Shown here: one piece after another, positions 1 to 11,639 of the stretch
How positions within the stretch are numbered: position 1 is the first letter of the stretch
How the letters are laid out: every line of letters begins with the position of its first letter
NCBI RefSeq assembly: GCF_001194135.2
Contig: NC_069000.1
Location: 29,270,483-29,334,482 of the forward strand
Reading direction: 5' to 3'
From: Octopus bimaculoides
Lineage: Eukaryota
Length of the DNA stretch: 64,000 bases
Position numbers and translations under genes: made by a program
Notes under the pieces: generated by a model
Told to the model about the DNA's origin: nothing
Database searches by the model: none
Seen by the model: the letters and a program-made list of their open reading frames with translations, nothing else

Positions 1-576
1 TAATGGCCGTACAGAGATTTTGTCTGTCGATTGTCTGTAAAAGCGCACCTCTTCAAACACTCATCACCAAACAGCCTTTTCGCCACCAGCTTTGTTCAAC
101 CAAGATTACCACTGTGACGACAACAATTACTACTACCAACTACAAGCATTCCCCCCGAAGTCGCCAAGTTTCAACTGACCCATTACCACCACACGTACAG
201 AACACAGCTATAGCAGTTCCTGCGCCGACGTCTTCATCAATGTACTGTCTACCACAATGTCGTGCGCCAACAACCCCACCACCAGGGACACACCATATCA
301 ACACACTCGGTTTTGTCGACTCTGTTAGAGTGGATGTTTTCCACTCACGATCAACAGACCAAATTTTCCTTGTGTAAACTTTCATAGAATATTCCGTAAC
401 AGGTAAACGGTCACAACTAGCATCTGATGCTCATCTACAGCTCTGCTCACCGACCACGACTTCCTGAGTACGGACATTCTATCTCCTTGTGGGACTCTTG
501 TACGAACTGGATTTTTTGTCTCTACAGACACTTTTACTATGTTTGTGTTTTTTTTTTCTCACACACACACTTGTGC
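1..576 (+). mobile_element. Decayed Ty3/Gypsy-like pol 3' end
   Basis: The start reads NGRTEILSVDCL-(frameshift)-KAHL, resembling the gypsy integrase C-terminal TVSIDRLKPA motif, followed by a T/P-rich tail. CpG-rich relative to the host. Truncated by a gap. Confidence 0.4.
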
Positions 577-1270
577 NNNNNNNNNNNNNNNNNNNNNNNN
601 NNNNNNNNNNNNNNNNNNNNNNNNNNNNNNNNNNNNNNNNNNNNNNNNNNNNNNNNNNNNNNNNNNNNNNNNNNNNNNNNNNNNNNNNNNNNNNNNNNNN
701 NNNNNNNNNNNNNNNNNNNNNNNNNNNNNNNNNNNNNNNNNNNNNNNNNNNNNNNNNNNNNNNNNNNNNNNNNNNNNNNNNNNNNNNNNNNNNNNNNNNN
801 NNNNNNNNNNNNNNNNNNNNNNNNNNNNNNNNNNNNNNNNNNNNNNNNNNNNNNNNNNNNNNNNNNNNNNNNNNNNNNNNNNNNNNNNNNNNNNNNNNNN
901 NNNNNNNNNNNNNNNNNNNNNNNNNNNNNNNNNNNNNNNNNNNNNNNNNNNNNNNNNNNNNNNNNNNNNNNNNNNNNNNNNNNNNNNNNNNNNNNNNNNN
1001 NNNNNNNNNNNNNNNNNNNNNNNNNNNNNNNNNNNNNNNNNNNNNNNNNNNNNNNNNNNNNNNNNNNNNNNNNNNNNNNNNNNNNNNNNNNNNNNNNNNN
1101 NNNNNNNNNNNNNNNNNNNNNNNNNNNNNNNNNNNNNNNNNNNNNNNNNNNNNNNNNNNNNNNNNNNNNNNNNNNNNNNNNNNNNNNNNNNNNNNNNNNN
1201 NNNNNNNNNNNNNNNNNNNNNNNNNNNNNNNNNNNNNNNNNNNNNNNNNNNNNNNNNNNNNNNNNNNNNC

Positions 1271-1440
1271 TGTAGTAACGCCGTGCGCATGCGTGGTCTC
1301 ACGCATGCGTGGAATTAAACAGCCAAGCGTTCCCGCTTTAATCTTTCTCTTTCTTGCTGGCCAGCAATATAGCATGGACGTGTTTTTGCTGTCTCTCTAC
1401 ATCTTTCGGACTTACGCTCGACAGCTCGCTTACAACTACA
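1271..1440. mobile_element. LTR-like or MITE-like segment with TGTAGT...ACTACA termini
   Basis: 6-bp terminal inverted repeat, CpG-rich, separated from the gypsy-like fragment only by the gap at 577-1269. Confidence 0.3.
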
Positions 1441-3269
1441 GAACAACGTCCCAACAACTATACTCATACACACAGAAGCTGTAACAACAAGAACTAAAGA
1501 TGTATATATTTACCAACTGAATAAATGTTGTATAAGATGATAGTCTGGAGTTCAGCGTTCCGTTATATATTTCATAATTTTATTTAGGAAAGTCAGGTAT
1601 ACATCTAATGATGTATAACCAACTTTCCTATAAGAGAAAAGAGATGCACTCTCACTGATGTCAGTAGAAATGCTTCTAGTCTAGAAATGAAACGACTATA
1701 TCTGAAACTGAAAAGTAATAATGATAACCATTCAAAGCATATGTAGTGGTAAAACTGTCGCCGTGTACAAACGTCGTTACATTCATTTTCACTTTATTTT
1801 GTGAATATTACATGTAGTGCAGTCTTGTGATTGCTGTTAATACAAGGGAGATAACCATATATTCAATAAACTGGGAAAATATTTCTTGGCACTTATGACT
1901 TTGTCACTGACATAATTACGCTGTATTTAGTAGAAGTTAATTACTAGAATAGCAATACATTTATGAATAAATAAACATATAGAGTTGTCACATATGTATG
2001 TCTTACTCTGAAACTAGGTTTATGAGGTCTTTATTCATAATCTATGTTAATTTGGCACACTGTAGCAATTGGTGTTGAGCTGCCAACCTCGTATCACTAT
2101 GTAAATGAGTTTTTGTTTATATTTTAAGTAAACTTCCATCTGTAGATAAGCTGTTTCATAATAATGAAACTCTGGTTTCCATTTTGATCGAATAGTGCCA
2201 AAAAAGTCTTTATTGACCTACTGCAACAGCAGTACTATAAATACACACGGATATGACTGTACATTTTAATGTCTGTTTTTTCTTTGCTTCTTTTTTTTTC
2301 TTTTCCATGTTAGCCTGGTTTGAATATGAATTGATTGGAAGCAGGATTTTTAAACCAGTTCCTCTCCTTGCCACCAACTTTCACCTGTCTTATCAGATCA
2401 AGGGTTTTTACATTCCCCTGATTTTCAAAAGCACAGAGCAACCTACCATAATATGAAAAAAAAGAATGTCTTCATTAGTAACATTTTGTTTAAAGTGAGG
2501 ACAAGCAAAGTATCCACACTCATGCACACACGCTCCCTCTCTCTCTCTCACACACACACATCATCATCATAATTTAACATCCATTTTTCCATGCTGGCAT
2601 GGGTTGGACAGTCTGACAGGATTCGATATGCCCAAGGATGGTATCATGCTCCAGTGTTTATTTGGCATGGACTCTACTGCCAGATGCCTTTCTTAACATC
2701 AATTACTTTACATGTACTGTGTGCTTTCTTTTCATGCCACCAGCACTAGTGGGGTTTCCATGCAACTCAATGCCCAAAGACATTGTTGAAAGTGCTTGTA
2801 TCTGATATCTCATCAATGCTAAAGAGTTTTGCTTCCTTTCAGCATGGATAATTGAGAGGTAAGTGAGTAAAAACCTTGAAAAATAGGCCTCAAAGGATTC
2901 AAATTGCTCAGAAAACCTTTCTGAATAATGCAGTCTGACCATTCAATGCTAGATGGTATAAAGGCTTGTATGCTCAGTAACTTTTGGTATGGGTTTAATC
3001 TGACATTTAGGGCTATTTCGAATATAGTTTTCACCATCATACAATAGCCAAGCCACCATGCTTCTAGCCATTAATTCTAGTAGCTATAGCATCACAATGG
3101 ATATTATCGTGTACAGCTTTTAGGAAAATTTGTTCCAATGCTGCAGAAACAACTGCAATATGTTCCCCATTGCAAGCGGTCTAGTCACCTGCATAGTAAA
3201 CCAGGTTATTCGCAAAGGCATAATCTCCAGTGACTGATGTAGCAGCATCGTAGTCAGCTCCTACAAGTG

Positions 3270-4000
3270 TAAGATACATGCCTTACATAGAAGTAATTAT
3301 AGAGGCATCAAATTGCTGGACCAGGTGATGAAAGTTATGGAGAGAGTTATAGACTAATTAATTAGGAGCAGAATTGGCGTTTATTGACCTGGAGAAAGCC
3401 TTTGACAAAGTACCTTGCTCTGTGATATGGTGATCTCTGAGAAAACTAGGGGTAGATGAATGGCTTGTGAATGGTCATATACAGGGATGTTATTAGTAAG
3501 GTAAGAGTTAGCTATGAGTAATGACGAATTTCGTGTACAGGTAGGTGTTCGCAAAGGCTTGGTCCTCTGCTCTGTTCTATTCATCATTATCCTCCAGTCC
3601 ATAACAGAGGAATTTAAGACTGGAATCCCACGAGAACTACTAAATGCTGATGATCTTGCCCTCATAGTAGAATGTGTAACAGAACAAGAAAAGAAATTCC
3701 AGGTATGGAAGCAAAACCTGGAATCAAAGGGCCTTAAGGAGAAATTAGCAAAACTCAAGATCTTAGTAAGCAAGAAATTGGACAGGAGCTATAAAGTCTA
3801 CAGAAAATTGATTTCTTCAAATGCCCAGGAGGTTCTCTAGAAGTAGTAGATAATTTCTGCTGTCTAGGTGGCCTAATTAGCTGTGGAGGAGGATATACTG
3901 AAAGTGAACTTGCTAGAGTAAGACTAGAATGAAGGAAGTTCTGAGAGATTTTACTTCTGTTGGCAACCAAAAGTCACCAAGTACCTGGCAAGACAAAAAC
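3270..4000 (+). mobile_element. RTE-clade LINE reverse transcriptase fragment
   Basis: NYRGIKLLDQVMK, FRVQVGVRKGLVL and LLNADDLAL motifs. Contains stops and frameshifts. Confidence 0.85.
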
Positions 4001-4659
4001 ACCTTAAGTGATATGGGGGAATAGTATTGAGTGGGGTGTGACTTTGTGCTAGTTGAGAGATTTGAAGTATAGAAGGTGTAGGCAACCTTATTTGAATCAG
4101 TGATATCATGTTTCAATGGGAGTCATCTATAGTTATTGCCCTGTTGCATCGCTAGCAACTAAATGGCACTTGTTACCTACCTATAAAAAACATGTACGGC
4201 CATGTCACACTCTCTTTCTTCTCCCACACGCTGCATGCAACTAGCTATGGTGTTCACCAGTCATGGAATACGGCAAGACGTAAACATTCCCTTATTCAAA
4301 TTCCATTCTGTTCTATTGAATGATAATGTAAACACTGTGTAAATACTCTCATACTGCATCGAAATAAATCCCTCATATACATGAAGTCTTCACAATCTCA
4401 CACGAGTTGTTGTTCCTCACTGGATTGATTCTAACAGCTGTCAAAGAATGACCGAACATTATATTAAATTAGTGGGCTAAAAACTCACTTAAAAGGGATA
4501 GATATAGGTATCTGGTTATAAAATAAATGCATAGATATACCAGTTGGAAAGGAAATGAGAGTGGGTTAGAGAGTAAGATAAAGAGAGCAATTGTGAGAGA
4601 GATTATCTTCTTCTCACTCGGAGAATGAAAGGAAGATTGTATGATGCATGTATATGAAC

Positions 4660-5950
4660 ACCAATACTGCATGGTAGTGAGATGTGGGTCCTGAATTTAA
4701 AGAACATGAGAACATTAGCGATAAATGAAGCTAGTGTGCTCCACTGGAGATGTGATGTCTGTATACATGTGTGGCAGAGAGCTAGTGTTTTGAGAGAGAA
4801 GTTAGGTCTAAGAGGAATTAAATGCAGTGTGCAGGAGAGAAGACTGTGCTGGTTTGGTCATGTGATGCATATGGATGTGGACAGTTGCATATAGAAGTGC
4901 TTATCTCCAAAAGTGGATGGAGCTTGTGGAAGAGGAAGATCCAGAAAAGCATGGGACGAAGTATTGAAGGCTGATCTGATGACACTGTGCATTACAAAGG
5001 AGATGACAAAAGATCAAGATATTTGGTGCCTTGCTGTATTCAAGAAGATTTGTCCACTACTGCAGAATTGATATATATCCAAAAACTACCTTGGTACTGC
5101 TTACATCCATCCTCTCTGCCGAGTCAACCCTCTCCCTCACATTTCATCCTCTAACATCCATCACTTCCTCTATCACCTGAGAGCAGAATGGACACATACT
5201 ACACCCAGCTGACTTTCTCAATTACCTTTCTTCCTTTGCTTACTGCCTCCACCAATCATCTTTTTTCTCTGCCTTGTCTCTCCTCCTTGCACTGCTCTCC
5301 ATCATCAACTTCTCACTTGCCTGCTATCACTCTCAATGCTCTCACATATCTACTGCAAACGCTGCTTCTGAGCTTCTCCTATATTTCTCTCCATCATTTG
5401 CTACAGTCATATCATTCTGCTCACTCACTTAGCTCAAGCCTCTATATCACCTTTTATGTTCTCACCTCACCCCAATGTCTCTCAAAGGCATGTACCAACA
5501 CATCTTCACCATAATCTCTCTCACAATCGCCCTCTTTATCTTACTCTCTAACTTATTCTCCTTTGTTTTCCAACTGGTATATCTACATATTTACTCTACA
5601 ACAAGACACCTATATCTGTCCCTTCTATGCCTCATATCTCTCAACTAGCACAAAGCCACATCCCCTCAATACTATTCTCCCATCACAGTTGAGGTGTTTT
5701 TGTCTTGCAAGGTACTTGGTAACCCTGTCAGTGCTGGTGTCTCGAAAAAAGCACTGGTGATTGTACCACATAAAAAGCACCCGGTACACTCTGTAAGGTG
5801 GTTGGCATTAGGAAGGGCATCCAGCTGTAGAAACCATGCCAAAACAGACAATGGAACCTGGCACGGTTTCCAGTGTTGCTAATTCCCATCAAACTATTCA
5901 ACCCATGCCAGCATGGAAAACAGATGTTAGATGCTGATGATGATGATCAA
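4660..5950 (+). mobile_element. RTE LINE 3' ORF remnant, pyrimidine-rich 3' region and (GAT)n-ended tail
   Basis: RRLCWFGHVMHMD motif. Tail ggaagggcatccagctgtagaaac...ccatgccagcatggaaaacagatgtt(gat)n is shared with the other copies. Confidence 0.75.
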
Positions 5951-7585
5951 CAATGAGTTTTAGTCTACTTACTTTATAAGGTCTCTCACTTATTGAGCAG
6001 TTATTTCATTTACTCGTTTTGATTTGATTAATAATTATATCATTCTTTGTTTCATTCTATTTTCAGTTCATCTGTTTCCATCCACTGAATAAATGACACC
6101 TTCATTTTATTTGTAGCTAACTTTATTGGCTCAGTGAACTTCATTCTTGATATAATTAATTACCCTAGAAGTCAACAAGAGGTTATTATTATAGACCTCT
6201 GCTGCCTTGGCATGGTTTGTGCAGAGCCAACCCCACTCTCTCATCCTTTAAACTTGTATTGGTTTGGTACAACAAGTGACACAAGTCCTGTAGTTATCAA
6301 GAAGCAGGATTTGTATAGATGAGCAGCTAAAGAGCCTCATCTGCACTGGGTCCTTTGGGGTGTCTGTAAGACACAAGATATTTAGATAATCATTGATTGT
6401 TGCTAAAGTGGAATCATTCACTTTTTCTTGACTTTTTAGTATTAAGTAAAGTGAAATTGAAGTATTTGTCTGTAATGGGTCAGATTAAAAAAAAAATTAA
6501 TGCCCTAGTCATAGGAGGAAATTTAGTGTTCTTACTCTCGACAGGGCTTCTGAGATGGAGAGCGGAAGAAAGTGAGCAAGGTACTCTAAAAGCAGAGTCT
6601 TGGTGCAGAAGTTTGCAACACAATACATGCCACAAAAAGTAGTATACCCAAGGGCCAGATTGTGGTGTAAAACTAAGCTATAGATTACATGAAATGAGTT
6701 TAAAGGACAATGAACAAAATCTAAGTCTTTAACATTGTTGCTAAATCAAAACATATTCACTGAGAAATTCTGTTTAATGAACAGAGAAGTGTTTAAAATT
6801 GTCATGAAAGCTTCAACAGATTATGTTACTGGTTATACAGTAAATATTTCATTAGTTTTAATCTTAGAATGTAGTCATAAATCAGTATAGTTCTGAATGG
6901 AGCACTTTCGGTCATAGATCTGCAGAATTAGGACTGACCTAGGTTTAAACAATAATTAGCTATTTATAGCCTGTATTGCGAATATACCTTAACTGTTATC
7001 AGAGACAGCTGTAAGGATACGTTGACAGTCTTCTAAACAAATAGTATTGGAATCAAACCTTACAACTGCAACTAGTTTGCTAGTCAAGGGGCATAACTCC
7101 AGGTTCTAATCATTCGTTGTGATTAGGTTAGCATGATTGAGTTGAGTGACTAGCAATAGGAGGAGCATTCATATGTAAAAACAATTACACCAACAGAAAC
7201 CATCCAACTCATATAAGCCTGAAAAGGAGTCGAATGTAAAACTACGAAAATATAAATGCATTAGCAGCAGTTTCTGGCGCTGATTTATAGAAAAAGTCAC
7301 ATAGCCAATGATCAACTTCTTGAAAATATGTGTCTCATTGCAAAGTATAAAAATTAGTTATGTAGGTGCAAAACTGTAGCCAACAAAATGAAATATACAC
7401 TCGGTTTTATATACTAAAAAGATAAAACATTATCATTGTCTCATAAAGGCTTTGCTGGCTCATTTAAAATATGTGAGATTTTTGGGTGAAAATCCACATT
7501 GTCAATAAGTCTTAAATATATAAACAAGAATAGTTTTTTTTTTTGCTCTCTTTTCAGAAAATATGTATAAACGAGCAGGATATAT

Positions 7586-7910
7586 AGGCACTCTGTCACT
7601 TACAATGACAAGGGTTCCAGTTGATCTGATCAACAGAACAGCCTACTTGTCAAATTAATGTGCAACTGGCTGAGCACTCCACAGACATGGTACCCTTAAA
7701 GTAGGTCACAGGGAGATTCAGCATGACATAGAGTGTGACAAAGCTGGCCCTTTGAAATATATATAGGTACTACTCATTTTTGCCAGCTGAGTCAACTGGA
7801 GCAACATGAAATAAAATATCTTACTCAAGGACACAACGTATTGCACCAGGAATTGAACTCATGACTTTGCAATTGTGAGCCAAATACCCTAACCACAAAC
7901 CTTCACACAA
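7586..7910 (-). mobile_element. tRNA-derived SINE with 11-bp target-site duplication
   Basis: Flanked by agcaggatata at about 7574-7584 and 7910-7920. B-box-like gagttcaattcc on the minus strand. Confidence 0.6.
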
Positions 7911-8418
7911 GCAGGATATAGTCTGCCCTTCTAGATATGTGTAAACAGAATAAAAAACATCTTTTCAGATATGGTTTAAACAGACTAAACATAAATTGCT
8001 CTCTTTAATTTTAAAGTATTTTGGCAATTTTTTTTGTTTTTATTGAGAGGGAGGCATGTAAAATTGTCTTCGTATTGGCTATTCTGCTAAATTTGAATGT
8101 TTTTCCTAAAAATTCGTAGAAATCTCAACTCTTTCATTGTTAAGATTATATTGCATTATTCTGTTGTGCATAAAAGTGTTAAATACATCTGTAGAGACTG
8201 ATATATGTTTGTTATAAGTATGGTCAACAGGATTACATATTTGTATCAAGGCCTTACAGTCAACTGCACACATCAACAGATGGAGAAGAAAATATGTACA
8301 AATGGCTAAAAAGCAAAAATATCCTGATTTATAAAAACAAGAGCAGAATGTTTGGAAGACATATGGACTCTGCAAGTTGCAGTGAAAACAACCCATCAAA
8401 GAGAGAAGTAATTTTAAA

Positions 8419-8508
8419 TCAAAAATGATTTGTACAAAATACAGGAGACTCTGTATCCAGGTAGACAACATCATTTGTACTAATGACATAATATGCATTG
8501 AGTCCATC
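8419..8508 (-). CDS. Candidate terminal coding exon of an unidentified gene (DGLNAYYVISTNDVVYLDTESPVFCTNHF*)
   Basis: Strong acceptor ccaattattttgcag| at 8508, protein-like phase-0 frame, AATAAA at 8043-8038. No homolog recognised and upstream exons not found. Confidence 0.3.
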   Translation of the reverse strand, partial: DGLNAYYVISTNDVVYLDTESPVFCTNHF

Positions 8509-8839
8509 CTGCAAAATAATTGGTAAAAGTTTTGGTGAAATCTATGAAATACTCAACAAATACTGATTTCAAATTTTGGCACAAGGCCAGCATTTTCGGG
8601 GAGAGAGTAAGTCGATTACCTCAACCCCAGTGCTCAACTGGTTATCATTTTATCAACCCCTGAAAGGATGAAAGGCAAAGTTGACCAATTTGAACTCAGA
8701 ATGTAAAGATGGATGAAATGCCACTAAGCATTTTGCCTGGCATTCTAATGATTCTGAAAGCTCACCACCTTACTTAACAAATCAGGAATTACCTTTGAGA
8801 TGCTTAAAATATTTGGCAGAATAGGATATGGCCAAGTCA

Positions 8840-11055
8840 CCTGTATATTTAATCAGAAAGGTGTCATACACAATGACTGGTGAAGCAGCATTATATACAG
8901 GGTAAAGGAGATGCCTTAGAAGTAACTGCAGTGATATCAAATTGCTGGACCAGGTCATGAAAATTAAAGTGTGAGTTATAGGCCAACTAATTAAGAACAA
9001 AATTAGACAAGATAAAAGGCAGTTTGGTTTTGTTTTGAGGAGAATGCATCTTCTTACTAAAACAACTGCAAAAGTATTTGCTACAAGTAAACCATTGGAC
9101 TCAGAATTCATTGACCTGGTGAAAACCTCCGACAAAGTCCTCTGCTGGTCTCTAAAGAGGCTAGGAGTGGGCAAATGGATTGTGAAAACCACACAAGCCA
9201 TGTACAGCAGTACTGTCACGAGAGTTAGTGATGAATACAGGTAGGAGTTCACCAAGGCTTGATTCTCAGTCTCCTCCTATTCTTTATTGTTCTCCAGCCA
9301 GAACAGAGAAATTTAAAATTGACTGCACTGAGGAACTGCTTTATGTTGATGATCTCATTTTCACAGTAGAGTTTGTAATAGAACTAGAGAAGAAATATCA
9401 GGCATAAAAACAAAACGTAGACACAAAGGACTATACAGTTATCTTACCAAATTGCAAAGTTCTAGCAAGCAGGAAAATAGACATGACTCCTTTCACCTCA
9501 ATAAATGGCCCTGCTTTATATGAAGGAAAGGTGTAAGTAGGAATTCCATATGGCATACCCAGTGCAAGCTATAAATGGACACACAAAAGATTAACAGCAA
9601 AAGTGGTCTTTATATGTGAAAGATGCACAGGAGCAATAAACATTAAGGACATACAAGACAGATTTTCTCAAATGCTATGAAACACTTCCTTCAGGTAGTG
9701 GATAGCTTTTGTTACCTAGGTGACCTAATTAGTAATAAAGGAGAATGTTCTGAAAGTATAATTGCTAGGATAAGAATAGGATGGAGAAAGTTTAGACAAC
9801 TATTAGCTCTGTTGGCAACAAAACATCTCTCTCTCAGAGGAAAAGCAGATTGTATGATGATGCTTGTACATGAACAGCTTTGCTGCATGATAGTGAAATG
9901 TGCTGTGAATAGAGGAAATATGCATAGGCTTGAAAGAAACAAAGCTAGCATAGTCCACTGGATGTACAACATCAGTGTGCATATATGACAAAGTACAGAT
10001 TGTTGAGAGAAAAACTGAGCCTCATGGAGGAGATAACAAAGGAGGAAGATGATTGGCTCTGCTCAAGAAAATCCGTCCAAGTAAAAATGAGGCCCTAAAA
10101 GCATGTTGCTTATGTCTGAGCCCCTGCACCCAATTTGTCTCTAATGAACCTCTACCGCAACAATCCATTCTCCTAATGCCCATCTCTCCCACAATTCATC
10201 TTTCTAACATCCACTCCCTCCATCACTCTGCTGACTAAGGCACTAATCTTTCAGCTGTTGTAATTATAAGAACAGAACTGCATATATTTCATAGACTACC
10301 AACACAGCTCATCCTCCCTGGAACCACCTCTTTTTTTCTCACACATTCTCAGTATCATCCCTTACTTTCTTATTTCCCCTTTCACCTGTATACTCATTCA
10401 TTTTGCCAACAGCAACCCTTCCCCCATTACCTCGATTCATTTTCCACTATTTCCACCCTTATTTATCTCTGATTTAGTCCCTGGCAGTGTGCATCTTTCT
10501 TGCACAGTACTCCCACACACTTCACACCATCTTTACAACCACTTATTATCTCCCTGACCTACATCTACTTTGTCTACCTTCCCCTCTAAATGATATTTAT
10601 GAATGATCATACTGCACCAAGTTCACCACTCATTGCATTTCCCTCTATCCTCATCTCTGTCCATCTGCCAATCTCCCATAAACTCAATTATCTACCCAGA
10701 CCACTTTTCTTATGGACAATAACTTGAAAGCATACCCTGATACATCTTCACCACCATCCTCTTTATTATCCAACTCGGATAGCTATATATCTCCCTACAG
10801 CAAGACACCTGTTCTTGTTCTTCTATCATGATTTAGCCTCTCATCACATGGCCTAAAGCCAATTCACTTCATTGAGTCATGTCTTGTGAGTCACATGTTG
10901 GTCTCACTAGTGCAAGTTTCACATAAAATCAACCATTGAAACCACCCCAAATCAGATATTGGAGTTTGATACAGTCCTCTGGGTTGCCAGCTCCTGTAAA
11001 ACTGTCCAACTCATACCAGCATGGAAAAGGACCTTAAATGATGATGAGGATGATA
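8840..11055 (+). mobile_element. Decayed RTE LINE (RT to 3' tail)
   Basis: VVDSFCYLGDLIS and ARIRIGWRKFRQLL motifs, remnants of a Cys/His finger, and the family 3' tail ending in (gat)n. Confidence 0.85.
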
Positions 11056-11104
11056 TGTGTGTATCTACATATGTATCGATGTATGTATGCACATGTGTGT
11101 TAGT

Positions 11105-11595
11105 TATAATGAAAAACCACAAATCTTGTTAAATACAGCTGCCCAGCATTTCCTAGTCAAAACATTAACTTATTTCGCCATTTTTCAAGCCAAGAACAAG
11201 ACTGTTTATCAGTTGCTTTTTCAAGCAGATGACATTTAAACAAGGGATACTGATAAGGAAGAAGACAAAGGAAACACTCAAGGGAGATCAGTATCTCTTG
11301 TTTAAATGTAATCAACTTAACCCTTTTGTTACCAACCCGACTGAAACCGGCTCTGTAGTACACATATCTTGTTTTCACAGGTTTTGAATTAAAATCTTCC
11401 ACTAAACCTTAGTCACAATTAATGTTCCTAACACTAACTTAATAACTAAGTTATTTTACAAATTCTTTGTTATATCTAAAATAATTGAGAGAAACACTAA
11501 GCATCTCAAAATAAATACAGAAATGAAAAGGTTAAAAAGCAGATTTGAAACCCTGTGTAGCTGTATTTAACAAGATTTGTGGTTTTTATTACATA
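11105..11595. mobile_element. Non-autonomous DNA transposon (MITE) with 29-bp perfect TIR core
   Basis: aaaaaccacaaatcttgttaaatacagct at 11112-11140 is the exact reverse complement of 11559-11587. Confidence 0.7.
11321..11531. mobile_element. piggyBac-type MITE nested in the MITE above
   Basis: TTAA on both sides (11317-11320 and 11532-11535), with CCCTTTT...AAAAGG termini. Confidence 0.65.
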
Positions 11596-11639
11596 ATTTT
11601 TCTTAGCTGATCAAGTGCTACTCTATGTGTTGAAGTTAA

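Noticed and set aside
427-1484. Long ORFs full of X in the ORF track (also near 29.5, 33.2, 36.7, 38.3 and 45.1 kb)
   Set aside because: Artefacts of reading through N gaps and dinucleotide microsatellites.
8106-8507. 133-aa ATG-initiated minus ORF (MDSMHIMSLV...)
   Set aside because: Composition looks like translated AT-rich UTR. The other frame after the acceptor is more protein-like, so it is not supported as a standalone gene.
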